NCBI GenBank assembly: GCA_000388065.2
Contig: KB932201.1
Source of the DNA: Fonticula alba ATCC 38817
Lineage: Eukaryota; Protista; Nucleariida
Reading direction: 5' to 3' (one strand)
DNA length: 5,451 nt
Positions 1 through 5,451 of the stretch are shown here, piece after piece. Within the stretch, counting starts at the first letter, position 1; each line of letters starts with the position of its first letter. A program made the position numbers and the translations under genes. The notes under the pieces were generated by a model, which had not been told where the DNA came from, did no database searches, and saw nothing but the letters and a program-made list of their open reading frames with translations.

Positions 1-20
1 CACACACACACACACACACA
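1..20. repeat. (CA)10 microsatellite, possibly truncated by the window edge, forming the 3' end of an intron (CACAG acceptor ends at 21)
   Basis: Direct reading of cacacacacacacacacaca, followed by g and then an open cpn10 frame. Confidence 0.95.
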
Positions 21-21
21 G

Positions 22-261
22 GTCACTCCTGGTGGCATCTACATCCCCCAGTCCGGCAAGGAGGTTGTCCGCGAGGCCGTCGTCGTCGCCGCTGGCCCTG
101 GCGGTCGCTCTGCCAACGGCGAGGTGATCCCGATGTCCGTCGCTGCTGGTGACGTCGTCGTCCTGCCGGACTTCGGCGGTACCACCGTCAAGTTCGACAA
201 CGAGGAGTTCGTCATCTTCCGCGACTCCGAGCTCCTCGGCAAGCTGGAGAACCAGAACTAA
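22..261 (+). CDS. HSP10: Chaperonin 10 (HSP10/GroES family), mitochondrial-type; last coding exon, 5' exon(s) outside the window
   Basis: After the CAG acceptor at 19-21 the frame reads VTPGGIYIPQSGKEVVREAVVVAAGPGGRSANGEVIPMSVAAGDVVVLPDFGGTTVKFDNEEFVIFRDSELLGKLENQN* (79 aa, TAA 259-261). It matches the GroES/HSP10 mobile loop (GGI.LP), VVA.G.G, SV..GD.V.LP.YGGT and FRD.D.LG motifs. LPDFGGT resembles eukaryotic mitochondrial LPEYGGT. Confidence 0.93.
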   Translation, partial: VTPGGIYIPQSGKEVVREAVVVAAGPGGRSANGEVIPMSVAAGDVVVLPDFGGTTVKFDNEEFVIFRDSELLGKLENQN

Positions 262-344
262 GTGGCCCCACCGCCCTGTGTGTGTGTGTGTGCCCAGTTG
301 GTCCTTCCCCGCCCCCGCCCCCCCCCCCCCTTCTTCCCCTGCAG
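262..344 (+). other. Possible 83-nt intron in the cpn10 3' UTR
   Basis: GT directly follows the TAA stop, then (TG)8, a long C-rich tract and ttcttcccctgCAG ending at 344. The donor (GTGGCC) is weak. Confidence 0.35.
277..292. repeat. (TG)8 microsatellite
   Basis: Direct reading of tgtgtgtgtgtgtgtg. Confidence 0.9.
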
Positions 345-691
345 AGAGGCATGGATGCCAATGCCGGACCCGACCCTATCTTCATTCGCCCCCCCTCCGT
401 CGGCTTTCCGGCGGCGCAAGACGCTCTCCCCTCCCCCCCTCCCCCTCCCGCTCCTCTGAGCACATGTCCTCTTCTCCTTTTTCCTTTCACACGGCCCCGT
501 CTGTCACTCCTCCTCCCACGCGTGCACCTTCAGCAAAGAGGACAGACAGTCACCGGTCGACATTGCCCTTTGGAGGCGGCTCTCCTGCCCCTTTTGCAAT
601 ATACATCTCCCCGCCCTTCCTCTCACTTCCGGGCTGTCTGTGACAGGGGCATGGTCGACACCAAGGGAGAAAGGCAGGGGGCACTCCATTT

Positions 692-2846
692 TCATGGGTG
701 GCCGGGTCGCTCGATTCCCCCACGTGCAGTATGCGTGCATGCGAATAAGTCGTGCAGCAGGATCTCGGTCATGGTTAGCCGCAGGGCTGGCCGGGCCTCG
801 GTCATTCTGGCCACCAAGTCCTGTCGGCAAAAGGCACCCCAGCCCAATGAAGAACAAGCACGTCGAGTGACCGAGGGCGAGAGACAGGGTGAGGGAGATG
901 CAGGCGGTGGAGGGGCGAGAGGGGGGAAGCAGGGGAGAGGGGCAGGAAAAAAAAAAAAAGAAAAGAAAGAAGGCAGCACGGCAGAACCAACACCCGAGAA
1001 GATCAGCCCCAGAGGGGTTTTGATGGTGATGGAGTCCAAATGCAGGGGGGCGCCGAGTGTGATCCGAGTGCGTACCTGGGCGAGTGCCACAAAGTCCGGC
1101 ACCTGGTCGGCGTCCGGGTCGGGGATTTCCGCAAAGCGCGCCCTTTCGGCTTCGAAGAGGGGCAGGAACTGTCGAAGGATGACCCCGAGGGCGTAGACAT
1201 CGGCTTTGGGCGTCAGACGTCCCCCAGGGGGCGGAGCCTCGGGGCTGCTGGGCAGGTCGTCAGCCACCAGCAGCTCGGGTGCCAGATACCGGGACCCGCC
1301 GGCGCGCGGAACCCCCGGCACCAGAAGATTCCGGCTGATGGCCGCCCACTCGAAGGAGTCCAAGCAGGCCCGCAGGGTCGGCCGACAGGGAGGCCCCTGG
1401 CAGGGATGACTCGAGGGGAAGAGATGCGGGTCGCCCACCGTCAGGAGGATGCTTCGTGGGCGGATGGCTGCATGAACCACCGAAATATTGTGAAGAAGAA
1501 CCAGAGCACTAACTGAGGACCCAGGCAGGGAGGGATGAGGGCCGGAGGATGCACGGGGGTCAGCGCATCGGGTCAAGGACACCATGTGCGGTGGGATGCG
1601 AAAGGGGAGTAGGGCACGTTGCCAAGAGCAGGAGCGGGGGGAATGTTAACGCACCAACTTGTGCCAGCAACTCAAGCGCAAGGAGAGTGTCCGGGAAGTG
1701 CTGTGTGAGCGTCGCCGGCAGGACCTGGAGACCGGGTGGAAGCTGGGTGAAAGGGCAGACCGCTGGTCGGAGCGCATCGCGGGCGCCAAGGAAGACCAAA
1801 TGCGGGAAGAGCGGCGGCCAGGCGGACGGATCGGCCGGCCGATGGAAGCGCGCCTGCACCTGACTCAGGTGGGCCGTTCGTGCATCCAGCCGAGCCAGCA
1901 CATCTTCCAGCGTGCAGATCCAGTCCTCGGTCAGCCGCATGGTCATGGTCGTTTGCGTGCCCTCGGCGAGGGGGTTCTCCTGTGCGAAAGGGAGGCAGGC
2001 ACTGTCAGTCGGTAGCTCGCCCGCCATGTGGGACCCGGAAGGGAGCAGGGCCGCAGGCGGAGGCCCAAGAGGGCAGCGAAAGAGGGAGGACAGAACACGA
2101 ACGGGCGATCAGCGCACCCGGTCGATGGACACCACGGTGGTCAGAAAGCCCGGCTGCCCCTGGACACGCTCGAGGATCTGCCACTCATTGACCAGGAGGT
2201 CGGTGTAGCCGGCAGATCGATCCTTCGGAGGGGCCATGCGCCCGGGGACCCGCTGGCCCGGGTAGATGATGTCCAAACGCAGGGCAAAGGTCCCGATCAG
2301 GAAGATCTCCGCCCCGGGGCCGGGGAAGGGAGCATCCGGCCCGGGGGGAGACCAGGACCAGCCCCACTCTTGAGGGCAGCCCCATTGCCGAGAGCCCGGG
2401 CCGGCCGGCATGCCGGGCACATCGCCAGGAACAAAGCCCCGGTGTGCTCGAAAATCCCGGTGGTAGAAGGGCCCCTCACCGAGCAGCCCGGACGGCCGAG
2501 AGCCGGCCGGCTGGCCGGGGCACTTGTCATACCAGAACCCGGACTGGGTGGCGCACCAGCGGGTGTTGGTCACTCGGAAGACCGCCGGGCTGGAGCTGCG
2601 CACGCGCCGCCTCGGCGGCTCGGCCATGGCCAGCTCCGAGGAAGACCCGCATGCCCCACAACAGGGGACCCAGGCGTCCGCCAGGGACACTGGCGATGCC
2701 ACCTCCTGGACGTTGGTTTGCAATGCCGGGACATACTCCCCGATGTAGCTCAGGGCCCAGGGCCAGAAGTCCGCCACAGGGATGACCGCCTCGCCGGAAG
2801 GGGGGCCCGGTGCAGGCGGAGAGTCTTCGACAGGCCCGGCGGGCAT
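692..2846 (-). CDS. Protein kinase-fold protein, predicted pseudokinase, about 494 aa; exons 2846-2118, 1979-1860, 1724-1655, 1512-1076, 820-692
   Basis: The spliced product has the ePK subdomains in order: LLGEGPFY (Gly loop), TFALRL (beta3), LVNEWQILERV (alphaC), MRLTEDWICTLEDVL (hinge/alphaD), LLAQVVSALVLLHNISVVHAAIRPRSILL (alphaE and catalytic loop), ACLDSFEW (DFG position), GGSRYLAPELL (APE), TPKADVYALGVIL (alphaF), DLVARMTEARPALRLTMTEILLHDLF (subdomain XI). All introns are GT-AG and phases are compatible: 2117-1980 GTGCGC, 1859-1725 GTGCAG, 1654-1513 GTGCGT, 1075-821 GTACGC. The start codon (ATG 2846), the 1859-1725 intron, a possible extra 42-nt intron (1438-1397) and the last exon are less certain than the kinase call. 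Confidence 0.85.
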
Positions 2847-3483
2847 GGCCACAAGATGTCGAGGAAGCCCCGGGCCCGGCAAGCCAGACAGACGATGGGA
2901 CAGGGGCGGCGCCGGCGGGGGGGGGAGAAAAATGAGGGGGACAAATGCAAGCGAGGACAGGCCAGGCGAATGCCGAGCACAGTGGGGTCGAGATGAGGGT
3001 CCCTTGGCGAGGCGCCCCGGAGACGCGGCCCCAAAAGGAGGCGAAGGGAAGTGTGCCAGTGCTGACACTCCCCCCCCCCCCCCCCGAGCTGCGAGCCGCC
3101 AGGTGTAGGACGGGGGCCGGGACCGGGGGGTCCTCCCACACGGAGGTCGCGCGGCGATCAGAGCACCGCCCCCTTCAGTTGGCAACTGAACGGTCGATCA
3201 GGAATATGAGTTCCGCCCGGCGGCGGCACCGCGGGGGACCCATGAGGCAAAAAAGCGCCCGCGCTCCGTGTCGCCCTCCTCCACTCGCCTCCCCCTCGGC
3301 CCCGCCTCGCATATTCTCCCATCCACACGTTGACGCGCCATCGCGTCATCTCATCCTCGTACTCCCACGGAAGGACACGCACGTCCATACGCGCGGGCCT
3401 GGCAACTCTCGTCCTCGCCTTGTGAAGCATCCGCCCGACGCCCGGCCACGCGGGCTCCTTGCGCCTCGCGGCTCCATAGCAGG
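2847..3483. promoter_or_regulatory. Intergenic region between divergently oriented pseudokinase and PSF2; candidate bidirectional promoter
   Basis: Inferred from the head-to-head orientation, about 640 bp between the predicted ATGs. It contains the TGACGCG-ccat-CGCGTCA inverted repeat at 3331-3348. No transcription starts are known. Confidence 0.4.
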
Positions 3484-4176
3484 ATGGCTGACACATCCGG
3501 AGGGGGGCTGGCCCCGGCGCCGGTTCCATCCGGCGCCTCCCTTTCACCGCCGTCCAACAGCGAGTTGGACTTCTGTGCGGAGAACGAATTTGTGACCATC
3601 GTTCCGGCTGTCCGGCTCCCCCGGATGAATCTCGTCACGGTGCGTGCCCAGCCGGGGCCCGGCGACGGGAGGGCCATCCTTTCTTGTCGGCTGCCTTGCC
3701 TTGCGTTGCCTTGCCTTGCTGCATCCCCCCCCCCCCCCATTTGGCCGCTGCCCTCCTAGCTGACCCTCATGCCCTCCCCCGCAACATCGTGCTTGGGCTT
3801 TGACAACCAACAGGGCACCATTGGACCATTGCATCCCCAGCGCGAGACCCTCGTTCCTCTCTGGCTTGCGCTGATGCTCAAACGGGCTGGCCGGGCACGC
3901 ATCCGGCCGCCCGAGTGGCTGACCGAGGGTACGCGCGCGAGTGCCCATTGGCACGCAGGTGCTTCTGTGTGTCCCCAATTGCCCGAATGACTGACGGTAT
4001 CCCGCCTGCCGGTCGCCCCAGACGCCCTTCGGCTATACCTAAAGGCGGAGATCGCCTCGAGCGCTTTCTCGCCTCTGCCTTTCCGGTACCTGGAAATTTC
4101 ACAGCTCATCCTCCAAGCGGCGCCGGACGATGTGCCCGGCGCCACGAAGATCCGCGCTCTCATTGAGGACCTGCGG
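3484..4176 (+). CDS. PSF2: DNA replication complex GINS subunit PSF2 (GINS2), 3'-partial; exons 3484-3639, 3814-3928, 4022-4176
   Basis: Spliced translation (142 aa): MADTSGGGLAPAPVPSGASLSPPSNSELDFCAENEFVTIVPAVRLPRMNLVT|GTIGPLHPQRETLVPLWLALMLKRAGRARIRPPEWLTE|DALRLYLKAEIASSAFSPLPFRYLEISQLILQAAPDDVPGATKIRALIEDLR. It matches the Psf2 hallmarks E..F.AE.E.V.I.P, G..GP..P, VPLWLA..LK, I.PP.W, F..LP..Y.E and DD.P.A..IR.L..D. Introns 3640-3813 (GTGCGT..CAG, phase 0) and 3929-4021 (GTACGC..CTGAC..CAG, phase 1) both carry in-frame stops. Confidence 0.95.
3692..3720. repeat. (TGCCT) about 6-copy imperfect pentanucleotide repeat in PSF2 intron 1
   Basis: tgcct tgcct tgcgt tgcct tgcct tgct. Confidence 0.85.
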
Positions 4177-4177
4177 G

Positions 4178-4187
4178 NNNNNNNNNN
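4178..4187. other. Assembly gap (10 N) truncating PSF2
   Basis: Run of N. No Psf2-like sequence is recognisable in any plus frame after it. Confidence 0.95.
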
Positions 4188-4211
4188 CGCAGGAGCTGAT
4201 ATGCGAATGCA

Positions 4212-4212
<1 letters not shown>

Positions 4213-4243
<31 letters not shown>
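4213..4243. repeat. C31 homopolymer, possibly an intron acceptor tract (preceded by GCTGAT, followed by AG)
   Basis: Direct count of 31 C. The acceptor role is inferred by analogy with other introns here. Confidence 0.85.
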
Positions 4244-4628
4244 AGCCCTTCCCTCCCAAGCGATTGGTCCTTCGCCGCACCTGTCCCCTTGACTCATTGG
4301 CGAGGAATTCCCAATGGGTAAACGCACACCCAATAGATGTGACTACTCACGCCGGACAGCCATTCCGACAAGCTCGCTCCGCCCCCTTGCCGCCAGGCCG
4401 CTCCGTGCGGCGGCGGGCAGTCCCCCGACGGCCTTCGGAAAGGGGGCTCCACCTGCCGGGCCCCGGGTCCCAAAAAGAGGAGGGGCTTCTTTCTGTCCCC
4501 ATGGCCCCCGGGATCTCGCATAGCCATCTCCGGGCATTGCCAGGGAAGCAGGGACGGGGGGGGGGGGGGCGAACCACGGCCCGGCTCATGGCGGGGGCCG
4601 CGCAAGGACAAGCCGCGTGGCTTGGCAC

Positions 4629-4926
4629 CTGGGGGCCGCGGGTCGATCGCCAGAATATTCCCCACAACTGTGGCGCGTGATTCGTGGAATGGTATTCCAC
4701 GCCCAGGAAACATCTAGATTCCCCCGCGCGCTCGTGCTGGCGCTCTCTGGAAGGCCAACGCAGTCGCCGGCGAGTGTGGGGGACGGCCAGCCAGAGCGAG
4801 GAGGAGGAAGGGGGGCCCTGAGAACCGGCAGGGGGGAGGATCGCTCGCGAGGGGGGAGCCCCGGGGGCCGCACGGTCAGCACAGGCAACACGGAGAGACT
4901 CATTCGCGCCGTGGAGAAAGAGAGAC

Positions 4927-4977
<51 letters not shown>

Positions 4978-5140
4978 GTGAGTGAGTGAGTGAGCCGCGC
5001 CGGCAGGTGAGCGGCGGCTGGGAGGCAGGGACTGGGAGATGTCCTCGTCCCGGGGGGGGGCGAGGCGGGGCCGCTGCTTACGCGCGCCCACTTCGCCTTT
5101 CCGAGCACTCAGCCCCGCCAGTCGGGCGCGAGGTGACCAT
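4629..5140 (-). CDS. Possible hypothetical spliced gene fragment (exons about 5140-5082 and 4817-4629)
   Basis: Minus-strand GTAAGC donor at 5081, (CTCA)5(CT)22 tract, GCTGAC branch at 4880-4875 and ttctCAG acceptor ending at 4818. The join is open: MVTSRPTGGAECSERRSGRA|APLPPPRSGWPSPTLAGDCVGLPESASTSARGNLDVSWAWNTIPRITRHSCGEYSGDRPAAP. No family is recognised, and competing plus-strand splice signals exist. Confidence 0.22.
4931..4994. repeat. Compound microsatellite (AG)22(TGAG)5
   Basis: Direct reading, preceded by degenerate GAGA/CAGA units from about 4914. Confidence 0.95.
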
Positions 5141-5253
5141 CCTCCAGTGCTGCCAGCCCCCGGACACATGGTTGTGGACGGGCCGCCCCGCGACCCTGAG
5201 GAGGAGCAGCGCACCGGACTCAGGCCCTCCGCCCCCTCGCTCCGGACCTGGAA

Positions 5254-5451
5254 CATAAAAGCCCCCAGGTCCTCGGGCCCCCGACTGCCCCTCTCCTTCC
5301 AGACACACTCGTCCCCTCGCTTTCTGCTGCCTCGCATCCCTTCGCCACACTTCCCTCTCACCATGGTACCTCCTCCCGCGCCTGCGCTCTGCTCCTGCCT
5401 GGCCCTTTGTGCGTTGCTCCCTGTGCTGACTGTCCAAATCCCCCCCCCCCC
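5254..5451 (+). other. Possible 5' end of the next plus-strand gene: CATAAAAG (5254-5261), pyrimidine-rich leader, accATG (5363-5365) directly followed by an intron (GTACCT...GCTGAC...poly-C, running off the window)
   Basis: The branch motif and poly-C match the better supported introns in this window. There is no coding evidence beyond the ATG. Confidence 0.3.

Noticed and set aside
149-643. Ser/Thr/Pro-rich 164-aa ORF (+) and minus ORFs 39-242 and 212-490
   Set aside because: Alternative frames of the cpn10 exon running into repeats; the cpn10 frame explains the region.
821-1075. Hydrophobic LPSFFSFFFFPAPL segment in ORF 692-1585 resembling a transmembrane helix
   Set aside because: It is the translated poly-T/C tract of a GTACGC...CAG intron that splits kinase subdomains X and XI.
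2454-2462. An HRD tripeptide in GEGPFYHRDFR that could be taken as the catalytic motif
   Set aside because: It lies in the Gly loop/beta2 region, far N-terminal of alphaE. The true catalytic-loop position is HAAIRPRSILL.
2028-2996. 322-aa plus-strand ORF, and also ORFs 1040-1516, 1549-1863, 1659-2015 and 282-1196
   Set aside because: Antisense shadows of the kinase gene or low-complexity GC-rich frames, rich in R/G/P/A, with no recognisable motifs.
2945-3595. 216-aa plus ORF and 129-aa minus ORF 3158-3547 in the intergenic region
   Set aside because: Both overlap PSF2 exon 1 out of frame or antisense, have low-complexity composition and match no family I recognise.
2412-4140. 13-bp inverted match CGATGTGCCCGGC (4128-4140 and, reversed, 2412-2424)
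   Set aside because: A short GC-rich match inside two unrelated coding exons (both encode DVPG); compatible with chance, and there are no transposon features.
4132-4680. 182-aa ORF spanning the N gap as the PSF2 C-terminus
   Set aside because: The frame is carried through arbitrary Ns and a C31 run, and the post-gap sequence has no Psf2 similarity.
4617-4985. ORF with SPEYSPQLWRVIRGM (vaguely like a kinase C-lobe helix) and an ERERER tail
   Set aside because: No supporting kinase motifs nearby, and the ER repeat is the translated (AG)n microsatellite.
1-5451. Prokaryotic systems (groES-groEL operon, CRISPR array, IS elements), tRNA or rRNA genes
   Set aside because: The genes have spliceosomal introns, no groEL follows cpn10, and I saw no spaced direct repeats, transposase motifs or cloverleaf/rRNA signatures.

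Overview
GC-rich, intron-containing eukaryotic genomic DNA, most likely from a unicellular protist. The splice signals are GTGCGY/GTACGC donors, CTGAC branch points and C-rich acceptor tracts. The lineage cannot be determined from the sequence alone. Three genes are recognisable. (1) The last coding exon of a mitochondrial-type chaperonin 10 (22-261, +), which the ORF track misses. (2) A multi-exon minus-strand protein-kinase-fold gene (about 692-2846) in which the VAIK, HRD, catalytic-loop Asn and DFG positions are all substituted, so it is a predicted pseudokinase. It also has an unrecognised N-terminal region. (3) GINS subunit PSF2 (3484-4176, +, three exons), head-to-head with the pseudokinase and cut off by a 10-N assembly gap. 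After the gap there are microsatellites and only weak, partly conflicting gene signals. Most long ORFs in the track are antisense or intron read-through artefacts of high GC. The best leads are the pseudokinase, the (CA)n/(TG)n repeats flanking the cpn10 exon, the ACGCG palindrome upstream of PSF2, and the stop-free in-frame introns. All alignments were done by eye from remembered family consensus; no searches were run.
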